Shown here in pieces: positions 13,405 through 25,549 of a stretch of 64,000 nt of DNA (the stretch's first letter is position 1; every line of letters begins with the position of its first letter). The translations under genes were made by a program, and so were the position numbers. Source of the DNA: Octopus sinensis. Lineage: Eukaryota. Below the pieces are notes generated by a model, which worked only from the letters and a program-made list of their open reading frames with translations, ran no database searches and was not told the DNA's origin. The stretch lies in contig NC_042998.1 in assembly GCF_006345805.1 (NCBI RefSeq), positions 97,588,001-97,652,000 on the forward strand, in the 5' to 3' direction.

Positions 13405-13562
13405 GATGGGTTTCTTTCAGTTTCTGTCTACCAAATCCACTCACAAGGCTTTGATCGGCCCGAGGCTATAGTAGAAGACACTTACCCAAGGTGCCACACA
13501 GTGGGACTGAACCCGGAACCATATGGCTGGTAAGCAAGCTACTTACCACACAGCCACTCCTG
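13165..13562 (-). mobile_element. tRNA-derived SINE (family A), full length
   Basis: Close match to 62095-62487 and 63181-63580. Confidence 0.9.
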
Positions 13563-13584
13563 GTAATTATTTTCTTTTTAATGT

Positions 13585-13925
13585 CTGGTACTTATTTTAT
13601 TGGCTTCTTTTGTTGAATCACTAAGTTACAGGGACATAAACACACCAACACTGGTTGTGAAGTAGTGGAGAAGTGGGGACAAACGCAGACCACAAAGACA
13701 CACACACAGACACAAAGACACATGCACAGACACTAAGACACATGCACACACACATATGTATGATGGGTTTCTTTCAGTTCCAGTCTACCAAATCTACTCA
13801 CAAGGCATTGATCAGTCCAAGGCTATAGTAGAAGACACTTGCCCAAGATGCCACGCAGTGGGATCAAACCCAGAACCATATCACTGAGGAGCAAACCTCT
13901 AACCACTCAGCCATGGCTGCATCTA
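13585..13925 (-). mobile_element. tRNA-derived SINE (family A-like), diverged
   Basis: Same module order as the adjacent copy, with more substitutions. Confidence 0.75.
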
Positions 13926-14364
13926 TAAAAAAAGCTTTTACTTTTTTTTTACTTTGGTATGTGTCATGAATAACTAATATTTCAGAGCTTCTTAGTATAG
14001 CACAACTGGAATAAACACATATTTTATATTCTTCATTTTGGTCTGATCACAATTTTTTTTTTCAGTGTTTCCAGGATTGACTTTTCTTTCCATATCTGAA
14101 GTTTTAAGTAACGAAAGAAAAAAGTTATCAGCTCAGTAATTCTAGTCTGGTAAATATGAATAAGACTGAGACAGAGAAAGTTTTTAATCAGTTTGAATTT
14201 CTGAGTTGTTCCCCTTCACTTTCTTGACAAAAATTATTATTAATGTTCACTTGTAATTGTAAAATTGATGTGACCATTCCATCTTTTTCTTCAGCATACT
14301 GTCTTGGAATACATTATTTCATTTGTTCTTACTTTCTTAGGGCAATAAATAAGAATTTAAAAAC

Positions 14365-14765
14365 CCACCACAAGGTCCAGTTTTGTTATGGGGTGGTGCC
14401 TTGTGTGTCGCAATGACCGTGAGAGCTATGCTAGGGAAGTCCAAGTGCCTGTAGGGCATCCCATGCTAGAGAGATCAAAGGACGCCAGGCTAATATGAAC
14501 CTCCACTTCCATGAGGTAAAAATAGGTTTGTGTAGGGCCAACACCTCTACCTACATAAAAAAAAAATCACAGAAGCATCAATGACAAGACTCTGGAGAAG
14601 TTGGTCTTCCCTCAGGGAAACATGACAGGGAACAGCAAAATCCAAAAGGAAAAAGCTGAGATCCAACTGGAGAGACATATAAAAGACAGCCTTGAGTAAA
14701 AAACAATAAATAAAAGTAATTGAAGGCCTATGATCCAAAAAGAGCAAAGGGCTTAAATAAAGTAA
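14365..14765 (+). mobile_element. Bipartite non-autonomous RTE derivative (5' UTR joined to 3' end)
   Basis: Shares its 5' leader with the 19047 copy. RTE-type motif tagggccaacacctctacctacataaaaaa; RTE-type 3' end ggcctatgatccaaaaagagcaaagggcttaaataaagtaa. Confidence 0.6.
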
Positions 14766-15067
14766 TCTTAAAAATATTCTGCCACAATTTTTTGCCAATT
14801 GAATGGCTACATAGAAATTCTGTTGTTGGTTTCACAGATAGCATTCTAGTGCATAGAAGATGTATAATAGCATTCTAATGAGTAATAGATGTGTCCAAAT
14901 ATTTGAATTTGAATAAGCATGCAGTATCATTTTGAGATTTCTGTGACAATAAACCATGACATCAGCATATTCTGGTGGATTTTCATTTTAAGTAGTTTGG
15001 TCTATTGTATAAGTATCAATTGCCTAGAGAGTAAGTTTGGTAGATGAAAACTGTGCGAAGCTCATTG

Positions 15068-15130
<63 letters not shown>

Positions 15131-15516
15131 GTGTATGAGTGTGTGTCTTTGTGTTTATGTTTGTCCCCATCCACCACTGCTTAATAACCAGTGTTGCTGT
15201 TTTATTCACTTCCCTATAACTTAGCAATTCAGCAAAAGAGACTGATAGAATGAGTACCAATCTTAAAAAATAATACTGGAGTTGATTTGTTTGCCCAAAC
15301 CTTTCAAGGCAGAGCCCCATTATGTCTGCAGTTCAAAAGTACCAGTGTCCCAGAATCCTTTGCACTGATAAGTCAAGTGTCTCATAAAAGAGAAGCTGTT
15401 CTCCAAATGAATACCACAGTGATTGGCATATTTAAATTCAAAGCTGCTAGACTGTACTAAGAATAAATATGCCAGTCATCATTTCAATTCTCACTGTTCA
15501 CCGTGCAAATAATCAT

Positions 15517-15626
<110 letters not shown>

Positions 15627-15892
15627 AATGCACACACACACACAACAGGCTGTTTTTAGTTTCCATTTACCAAATCTACTCACTCATAAGGCTTTGGTTG
15701 ATCCGGTGCTTCAGCAGAAGACACTTGCCAAAAATGCCATGCAGTGAGGCTGAACATGAAACCTGTGCTTAATAAAAGTTCAAAACACTTCAATAGGCAA
15801 CTCTGCACATTTGATTTTCAGCTTTCTATCATTGAATTTAGAAGTTAATTCTTCTTCAGATAAATTAAAATTAATAACAGATCATCATGATC

Positions 15893-16400
15893 ATCATCAT
15901 CATTGTCGTTTAACATCCACTTTCCATGCTGGCATGGGTTTGACAGTTTGACTGAGGACTGGCAAGCCAGGAGACTGCACCAGGCTCCAATCTGATCTGG
16001 CAGAGTTTCTACAGCTGGATGCCCTTCCTAATGCCAATCACTCTGAGAGTGTAGTGGGTGCTTTTTACATACCACTGGCATGAGGGCCAATCAGGTGGTA
16101 CTGGCATTGACCATGCTTGAATGGTGCTTTTTATGTTCCACTGGCACAAGAGCCAGCCAGTCAGGTGGCACTGGCAACAACCATGTTCGAAAGGTACTTT
16201 TTACATGCCACTAGCATGGGAGCCAGTCAGGGAGCCCTGGCATCAACCACGTTCACATGGTGCATTTTATTTGCCACTGCCATGGGAACCAGTCCGGAGA
16301 GACTGGCATTGACCATGCTGAAATTGTGCTTTTTACATGGCACCGGCACAGGTGCCAGTCAGGCGTTGCTGGCATCAGCCACAACAATGATTTCACTTGA
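15893..16400 (-). mobile_element. Family C element with ~5 internal ~60-nt repeat units
   Basis: (cat)n tail, conserved core, repeated ggtgctttttacatgcc/ccagtcagg units. Confidence 0.8.
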
Positions 16401-18257
16401 CTCAACAGGTCTTCTCATGTGTAATTTATTCCACAATTTTTATTTAACAATGATTTCAGTATTTTATTTTTCATTTTTTAATAGATAAATGGAATTAGGA
16501 ATTCAATCACATTTATTTTTATTAAGAATGGAATACAAAAGTTTAATTTCTCTTCCAGAGCTTTCATACTGTACTCAAATGACCGTAAGTGAATTAAAAG
16601 ATGTAATGCACTTCTCTACTTCCTCCCACTTTGACTTCAGTTTAGTTGACACACTTTTAGTTCAACCTTATATATGATATTTTAAGACTTTATATTTAGA
16701 ACTTTGTATTTTTCATATTTTTTTTTTAAATAATATTATTATTTTTATAGCACACTTAACAACATTTTGTGGATCTTTGTGGTTGCTGTCAAAGATTTGG
16801 AAATTCTAAAATTAAGTAAAAATTTTCAAATTTTGTAGATTGATATAATTTTTCAAATGAAATTTGGATTTGGGATTCATTTATTACCAGAAAAATTTTA
16901 AAAAATGCTCCAAAGGTTCAAAGTTTGATAATTTTTTTAGTTCAATCAGAAGACAGGAATCAGAATCAGTATTTTCTGCAAGATAGCTGTCTGTCACAAA
17001 ATGACAGACAGAAATAACTCAAGCATGAAATGATATTGCTCATCAAAATTGTGGCAGTAATTGTGATGGTGAAAGTGTCAGAGTCTCACTGAGTACAACA
17101 ACCTTGTTACAATGGAAATAGGTCAGACTCCAATCTTGCCTGTTACTATGGAAACAGACGCCATTTACAGTCATGTGTATAATGGTGGTATACTGAGTAT
17201 ACAAAATTTGAAAACAATTGGAACAAAAGTGAAAAAAATACAAAATCTGTGACAGCAGCTGGAAAGATCCCATCATGCAATTGAAAATGACTGTGGCAAT
17301 GATACTACCATGCATTGATGGTAGTATCATTGCTATTTCTACCCATACAAACTTCTCTCCAAATAATACTGCTTTTCGATTTGCACTACTTTCATGAACA
17401 GAAACATCCTCCTACAGAGTCATTAAAGAAGAGACTGTTCTTTTCCAATAATATCAATGTACAATTACTGCACAATTTTACAACACAGGCCACTACCAAC
17501 ATAAACAAAACTCACCAAAAGCTTTCATATTCTCTACAAATGCTTCACAATTTTTAATGGTTTCCCATGGTGGCATTATTCATTTAACATGGCCAAAATT
17601 TTATTCTACAAGACCATGCTTCTTTTTCAGTGTCTGAAAATATTTTAGCTTTGATCAGTTGATAACCAACAAAGATCAAGTTGGGACTACTCTGGAGTAT
17701 TGATCACATATTTGGAGTGATGCTACTTCTACACACACAAACAACCTAACCCAAGTAAAATGATAAATGAAATCCAATTCAATGACCAAGAAATATTTTA
17801 TGGTGGTCTTTCATATGTTAAAAATGCTGATCAGAACTGTGTAACTGAGATATGCAAACAATGAAAGCAAGGAATATAAATGCTCTCCTAAAAGAAAGTT
17901 AGTTATAAATTAAATACTTGGAAAGTTAACAACTCAGCCAAGATATGAAATGGTATTACAATATTGTAAATTCTTCAGAAGTTAGAAGTATATCAATGAT
18001 TCCAAAGTATGATAGTATCCTCAGAGATTCTGATACATAGTGCACCAAGATTTGATCAGGTTTTGCTAACTATCTCTCAACAAATTATACATTACATATA
18101 CACATATACTTAAATACAAAATCAATTTTTTATTATGTAAGACAGCTATACATCAAGTGTGAACAGTATTCACAGCCACTGGGTGGTTGATCTTCTCAAC
18201 AGTTTTTTAAATTAATAAGTAAACATTTATGATCAAATGCTTCATTGCTTTTCCTAG

Positions 18258-18464
18258 CCCTTTTGCATTTAAACCAGCCATATTTGGCCCAAGTATTCTA
18301 CCTGGTTTGTCTTCAACCTAGCTAGATCTAACCTCTCACCTACCCTACAATGTCATTCTAAAAATATCCAATCACATCATTGAAATCTTGACGTTACAAG
18401 ATAATGCAAAACAATGTGAATAAGTATGCAATACATTTGACAGAGTAACCTGAATACTGAAGGG
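18258..18464. mobile_element. piggyBac-type MITE (decayed)
   Basis: Ends cccttttgcattt ... aatactgaaggg followed by TTAA; left TTAA is mutated. Confidence 0.55.
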
Positions 18465-19046
18465 TTAAAGAAACACTCTTTGAAAAATTACTGTTGCATG
18501 AAAATTATAAAACAAATTGTAGTAACTATTTAACCTGTCTGTTAGAATTAGTTTCTCTTTTGTAATTATAAAAGTACTGAGATTAGAACATTTAATTAAC
18601 AAAAAAATTGAGTGATGATTAGACATTCATAAAAAAACAGTGAGTTGTAAACGAAAAGCAAGTTCATGTATAAATTCAGAGTTTCCCCCAAACAATTCGG
18701 ATGTTGGGAAGTAATTATAATTTTGTTTACATATGTGGGAAAGGGGAAATAGGAAAATGTGACTTTTATGTTTTTGCTAAAGTAATAAGTGATGTAAGTG
18801 AAGCAGAAATCAAAGCCAAGTTCTAGGTTTGCTTTATCATTAACCTACTTAATCCATCACCTACAACATCTTTCATACCAAGCCAATGAGGAAACCTCTA
18901 CATATTTGTGTGCCCTGCTAGAAACAGTAGCAAAATTTCCCTCATATTACATCCTACCCTCTTGAAAAGAGTGAGAGATGTTGGTTTGCATCTTAAACTT
19001 TGTAATGAATTCCAGTAATTATGTATTTCTTCATTTGCATATTTTT

Positions 19047-19690
19047 CCACCACAAAGTCCAGTCTTAGTTGTGTGATGGCTTGTGTGCGTCAATGACTCT
19101 GAGAGTTATGCCAGTGAAGTGCAAGCTCCAAGTAGGGCTGCCCATGCTGGACAGGTCAAAGGATAAAGACAAGACTAATGTGGACAACATTTTCTTAGAG
19201 GTAAAAAATAGGTTTGCTTGGGGCCAATACCCCTACCTGTGGAGACACATGACCTAGTGGTTAGAGCATTGGACTCGCAGTCAAGAGATCACAGGTTTGA
19301 ATCTCAGACCAGGTGATGTATGTGTTTATGAGCAAAACACCTAACTCCACATGGCTCCAGCAGAAGGTCACCTGCGATGGACTGACATCTCATCCAGGTG
19401 GGGAACCATTTCACTAATGAAACCAGGAAACCGGCCCTTATGAGCTCAAGAAGGAACAAATAACAGCAACAACAATACCCCTACCTAGAAAAAAGCAATG
19501 TCACTGGAGCATCAATGACAATTCAAAACCAACAAAACCAGGAGAGGAAAGCCTTCCATCACAGAAACACATGAAAAAGCAAGGATCCAAATGGAGAGAA
19601 GCAGAAGAGACAGCTGAGGGTTGAAAACAGTGGAGAAAAGTCATCAATACCCTATATTCGATGGGAAGCAATGGGTTTATCATAATCTTG
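19047..19690 (+). mobile_element. Bipartite non-autonomous RTE derivative, interrupted by a SINE
   Basis: Homologous to 14365-14765; the 3' part translates as ...WREAEETAEG*KQWRKVINTLYSMGSNGFI, similar to RTE C-termini. Confidence 0.6.
19239..19473 (+). mobile_element. tRNA-derived SINE with V-domain-like core and 13-bp TSD
   Basis: Head catgacctagtggttagagc...ggtttgaatctc; core acctgcgatggactgacatctcatccagg; perfect TSD aatacccctacct at 19226-19238 and 19474-19486. Confidence 0.8.
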
Positions 19691-20348
19691 CATATTTTTA
19701 CAGTTTCACTTACATATTCAGTTTGCAGGATATTAATCAGATGGTATTTTAGTTGCACAATACTGAAGAGAAGTCTGAGATGGTCATAACTGGAATCTTT
19801 TAGTCATAGGTCTGTCCTGTCAGATTTGATCTGGCTGGGGACTAAATAATGGTTTCAAATTATGGCACGATGTCATTAATTTTGGGGGATGAGTTAAATC
19901 AATTATATCAACCCCAGTACTCAACTGAAACTTATTTTATCGATCTCAAAAGGTTCTTTGATGGAATTTTAACTCAAAGCATAAAGATGAACAAAATTCC
20001 ACTCAGCATTTTGGCTGGTGTGCTAATGATTCTGTCAGCTCACCACCTTCATGAGAGGAGACTAAATAATAATATTTATTGTAGGAAAAATAAATAGCAA
20101 TGATTTATTATATGGATGTAAGGATTTTTATTTCATCAGGGAGGAAATGAAGTATTGTTATATCATTATTTCATAGGTGGGATTGATAAAGAAGGGAACT
20201 GAAATTAAATTCTGACCAACCTTTTGCACAACTAAGTTTTGTACCACAATGTTCAGTAAAAACAACACGCAGAAAATAGGAGGAGGGAAGGTAGATTGTT
20301 CAGTTAGATGCTAAGCTTACTAGTAGTCACATAAATCCTATTGAATAT

Positions 20349-20510
20349 GAGACTTGTAACAACTGAATGTTAATGAATGTGAATCTACTAATAACTGAAT
20401 GCTAATAAATTTAAAGCTAATGATAACTGAATGCTAATGAATTTGAAGTTTGTAACAACTGAAGGCTGATGAGTTTGAAGTTGATAACAAATGAATGACA
20501 GTAAATTGTG
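20349..20510. repeat. Minisatellite, ~32-bp unit x ~5
   Basis: Recurrent aacaactgaatgctaatgaatttgaag-like units. Confidence 0.75.
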
Positions 20511-22059
20511 AGGTTATATATTAGATGCTTTGCATTTTATATAAGACATATTTCAAATACAATGTTATCTTGGAGAAAGATGGATCATGCCAGCTGTAGA
20601 AAGCCTTTTTTTTTTTGTTAGAGGTATATCAACAACAAAAGCTAACTGGAGAAAAAATGCTAAAGTTTAAAGTACAAGATGCTAAAAGTAACTAATTTTG
20701 GAAAGTTAGATGGTTGGAGCAAGCTTATTTAAAGTTTGCTAAACTGTGAAGGCTGTTTAGTTAAAAAGCTCACTTGGCAACTGTGTGTTTTTGAGTTCAG
20801 TTCCACTGTGCAGACTCCAAACCATACGTATAATATCTTTAGTTGAATCTCTTTGATTCACCTGATTCTTTACTTAAACATTATTTTCTTTGTTGGCATT
20901 CATTTTCTTAACCCCTAAAACATAATAGCATTTTTTTTCTTTCCGGGAAAGAAATCTGAAAGTTCTTTTACAAAATATGTAAAACAGTTTAAGGTGCTTG
21001 AATTATTTTTAGCTATTACATTTCATGCTTACTTTGTCTTTGAGGAAATAGTTGGCTGAGAAGCTATATCAATATAACTTTCAAATTATATTTGGTTGTG
21101 TATAAATATGAAAATTACAAAATGTGAAGTAAATCCTGAGTCATGCAGCAGCATTTTAATTCCTCCTTCATCCACATTGTCCTCGTCCTCGTCATCATCA
21201 TCATCGTCATCCTCATTGCCATTATTTTATGGCCTCTTTTCCATGCTGATGTGGGTTGCACAAATTCCACAATGTCTCATCCCTCATCACAAGACTTTGT
21301 AACCTGGCACACATACTTATGAACTTGAATTTCATGGGCCCTAGGACAGATAAGGCAGGAGCTTCACCCAGTTTACATGGAATATAAGTGTTTGAAATTA
21401 CAACATTCCCTACAGAACAGGATGTCGGTCAAAAACACACACACACAGAAACAAAGAAAACCAGTCATCTTTGTTGGTTTTCTTCAACAGCGACATCAAC
21501 AATGATGAATGCTGACAACTCCAACAACAGCAACCATGATACCATTGCTACCACCATCACCAACAATCACATCAATGATATTGACAACAATAACAATTTT
21601 GATAATGATAAAGATGGTGATATTTTAGTGAAGTATAGTGTTTTGAAGAAAAAGTCTTCAAGAAGAGATACATAAAAACGCATAAAAAATTCTTTTGGAA
21701 ATTGTTGTTTCTTTCATATATTTTTTCCAAAAATTAAATGGATTTGCAGAAAGGTCCAAATCAGCTTCTTTAGCTTTAAAATTTAAATCTAGAACCCAAG
21801 TCATTTTTATTTGCATCGCCATACTTAAGACATGATTCTTATTGTTGGTTATTCTTCCTATCACCAACAATTTAAGAACATGGACTGGGTGTATTTCATA
21901 GTTTGTAACCACTGGCACTAGAGAATTTGTATACAGCAGGGTTAGATAGTATCTCTCTGCCCTATTATATGTTGATTTTCAGAGTAACTGTTTTACAAAA
22001 CAGGCTAGTGGAGTCCACATTTCTTCCATTTATTCATTTCCTTTACTGTAGTGGTGGAG

Positions 22060-22265
22060 GTTATGATGACAAAGATGATGAGGAAGATGATGAGGATGAG
22101 GAGGATAACGATGATAATGACAATAATGATGATGATGAGGGAGAAGGGAAGAGGAAGAAGAAGAAAACAATGACAATGACAATGATGATGATGACAACGA
22201 TGATGACAATGATGATGATGATGGTGACAATCATGTTGATGATGATGATGAAAGCAATGATGAAA
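22060..22265. repeat. Degenerate (GAT/GAC/GAG/GAA)n trinucleotide tract
   Basis: Seen directly. Confidence 0.9.
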
Positions 22266-23196
22266 TACAAGATCAGACTCTCAGAAAAGAATAAGGAAAA
22301 GAGACAATAAAAGAGCAGATATGGGCAATCTCTTTTTTTCTAGCAGCAGATTTTATGAGACATTGCTCATCATAAATCTATCCACACCACTAAAACAATA
22401 ATTTAACTAACATCACATGTAGTTTTGTAGAACAATGTATACCATATATTGACACTAAACAAATAAAAATATTTGTAAAGAAAATTTACTGTTTTTATAT
22501 AACAATAAAACTGAAAAAAGGGAATTACTTGTGAATTTTAGCATAAAACTTGGTGAGAAAAATTTTTTATGAGTGTTTCAACTGTTGGAAGTATCTGAAA
22601 TGCTGCAGCTTGGAAATTATCTTCAAGATGGTTGTATGCGAATTTTAATCTTGTTTTACACTTCATGGCTTCCAATGGGAAAATAAGAAACACTTGCTTA
22701 CAATCATAAATATTATTAGATACTGTTGTGGTAGGTCAAATAGAGATTTTTGTCTTGTCAAGAAAATGACAATGTTTCAAGGGTTAACAAACTGAGCAGA
22801 GGCAACACAAGATCAACAGGAACCATCATAGGAACTATGCCAATGTCTAAGATATATGAATGAGTCATGGTTCTCTGAATCATTTAGGAAGACAGTAACT
22901 CTGAATAAGAGTGATATACAGCATTTGATGATAGGAAGGGCAACCATCTATAACAGCGTTTCTCAACCGGGGTTCCCTAGAAGCCTAGGTTTCTGCAAAA
23001 GGTTCCTAGGGCTTCCATAAGAAAGAGTGGGATATGCTACTACTAATTTCATGATCGTAATATTACTATATATGCACAACATATTATTGGTTATTTTAAT
23101 ATTGTAATATAGACATCATCCTATCTAACCTATTATGTTATAGAAAAATATAACAACCATTGGGGATATATTCAGTGATGTCAGTAATTTATGGAC

Positions 23197-23274
<78 letters not shown>

Positions 23275-23321
23275 GATATTTACCATGAACTACAATGAAA
23301 AGAATATGAAAAAGACATGGT

Positions 23322-24582
23322 ATGATTAGGACTTTGGTTTTAGCTAGGTTCACTCTAAGGCCCTTCGGTTCTAATATTTGCTTCCACACCTGAAACTTCT
23401 CCTCTAGTTCTGATAGTGACTCAGCAATTAGACAAGGTCGTCAGCATAGAGGAGCTACCAGGGGCATCTTGTCTTGAATTCCTCTGTTATTGCTTGGAGG
23501 ACTATGATAAATAGGAGGGGGCTGAGGACTGAACCTTGATGGACCCCTACCTCTACCCGGAATTCTTCACTGTACTTGTTGCCAACCCTCACCTTACTGA
23601 CAGTATCCCTGTACATGGCTCACATAGCTCTCACTAACCATTCTTCTATTCCTAGTTTCCTCATTAACCACCAGATAAGGGATCGAGGGACCCTGTCAAA
23701 AGCTTTCTCCACGTCAAAGAAAGACAGGTACAGGGGTTTATCTATGATTGGTATTTCTCCTGCAGCTGTCTTACCAGAAATATAGCATCAGTAGTGCTTT
23801 TCCCTGGCATGAGCCCAAACTGTATCTCATCTAAACTGACTCTCTCCCCAATTAGTTGGGCTATGACCCTCTCCATGACCTTCATTACCTGTTCCAACAA
23901 CTTGATACCTCTGTAATTATTTGTATCTAAAGCGTCACCTTTACCTTTGTAGCAGTTGACTATGGTGCTGCTACACCAGTAATTGGGTATGACTCCTTCA
24001 TTTATCACCTGGTTAATTATACGGGTGACTAGGCTATAGCTGACACAGCCAGATATTTTGAGCATCTCTGCAGTAATTCCTGATAGGCTGGGGGCTTTCC
24101 TTGTCTTCATACTTATAATTGCTTTATCTACCAAGGTACTGTCAATTTGGATAGCTGGTCCCTCTGTTGGGTCAACATTCAGCAGACTCTCTTTCTCCCA
24201 TTCATTCTCTTTATTGAGCAGCCTTTCATACTGGCATCTCTAAACCCCTCTCTTTGCAGCCTCGTTTAGTGCAAGTGAACCATCATCCATGCAAACACAT
24301 TTCTCTCCTATGACATCACAATTCTCTCTCACACACTGTCTTGCAACACGAAATATTTCAAGTCTTTGGTCCTCATGGCACAGAACATTGGCAAATTTTT
24401 TCTTATCTGGCTAAATAAACCTGTCTCCTAGCTTCCCTTTTGGCAGTCTGATACGTTCTTCCAGTCCTTCCAATCCTCTAATAGCCTTGTCAACCACACT
24501 GTTCCACCACCACGATACCTTGGGTCAAGAGGGGACTTTGACCCATCCACAGATCTGGTCAGTGGCTCTCAGCAGGTTGTTC
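23322..24582 (-). mobile_element. RTE-clade LINE fragment: linker plus reverse transcriptase core (pseudogenised)
   Basis: ORF 23742-24134 (KAPSLSGITAEML, YKGKGDAL..NYRGIKLL, QFGLMPGKSTTDAIF), continuing to DVEKAFDRVP, GVHQGSVLSPLLF, LLYADD and GLRVNLAKTKVL; frameshifts present. Confidence 0.95.
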
Positions 24583-24619
24583 TGTATATATATCATATAT
24601 ATATATATATACACACACA

Positions 24620-25316
24620 TTATTTACATTTGTTTGTTGTTAACACAATGTTTCGGCCGATATACACTCCAAAAACAAGAACATACTATCCACTCCAATT
24701 ATGAAGAAAAGAGAGGATGAAGCCAATAAACTGTTTACTCTATGTGAAAGGACTCTCCGAAAAGATACAAAAGATATGCGGCCCATATGACATCAGGACA
24801 GTATTCAAGAGTAATACAACATTTCGCAAATGTCTCCTTTGAGTAAAACCACCAATAGAAGAGAATATGACCAAAGACTGCATGTACTCCATCCCATGCA
24901 GCTATGGTAGCTTATACAAAAGTGAAACATGCCACCCACTCAAATTAAGGGTAGACGAACATCACAAAGCTGTGACACGAGATTTTGATAAATCAGGTAT
25001 AGCTGATCATGTATGGAAAAATGGAGACCACCTCCCCCTGTGGGATGAAGTTAAAATAATAGACAGAGAACACCACTGGAAAATATGAAAATTAAAAGAA
25101 GCAGCACATATGCTAGGACACAACAACCTCCTAGGCAGATCGAGTGCAGATATGAGTAGCATATGGGAACTAGTATTAAGTAAGGTTAGGAAAATATTAG
25201 ATTTATAAGCGCTAAAATTCACTCCATAATTACCTACAGGCATATAGCATAGTGGTTAAGAGCACGAGCTACTACCCCAAGATTCCAAGTTCAATTCCAG
25301 GCAGTACTTGAATAAA

Positions 25317-25348
<32 letters not shown>

Positions 25349-25493
25349 CATCAAAATATACCTTAGGAATGAGAACCCAGGTTCAAAGTTTCCCCAAGAC
25401 ACCTGATAAAGACAAAAAAAAGATGAGAACAAATATCCATCAAATGTAAATAATGTACATAATTCCTCATTCATTTCTTAAATATAGAACTGT
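24620..25493 (+). mobile_element. Penelope-like element fragment: GIY-YIG endonuclease remnant with 3' pseudo-LTR and inverted 5' pLTR piece
   Basis: YVKGLSEKIQKIC..YDIRTVFK, CMYSIPCSYGSLYKSET..LKLRVDEHHK, KSGIADHVWKNGDHLPLWDEVKIIDRE..KLKEAAHM. Inverted hammerhead-half sequence at 24630-24671; hammerhead 5' half at 25398-25411. Confidence 0.9.
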
Positions 25494-25494
25494 A

Positions 25495-25549
<55 letters not shown>

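Noticed and set aside
15893-16400. CRISPR-like repeat/spacer appearance of the ~60-nt units in family C (also 59445-59700)
   Set aside because: Units are degenerate whole-unit tandem repeats inside a retroelement in a eukaryotic context, with no constant repeat plus unique spacers and no cas genes
25239-25303. tRNA-like segments (also 8580-8645, 19245-19310, 57655-57725) as true tRNA genes
   Set aside because: They lack a complete cloverleaf and acceptor stem and run into SINE or pLTR bodies
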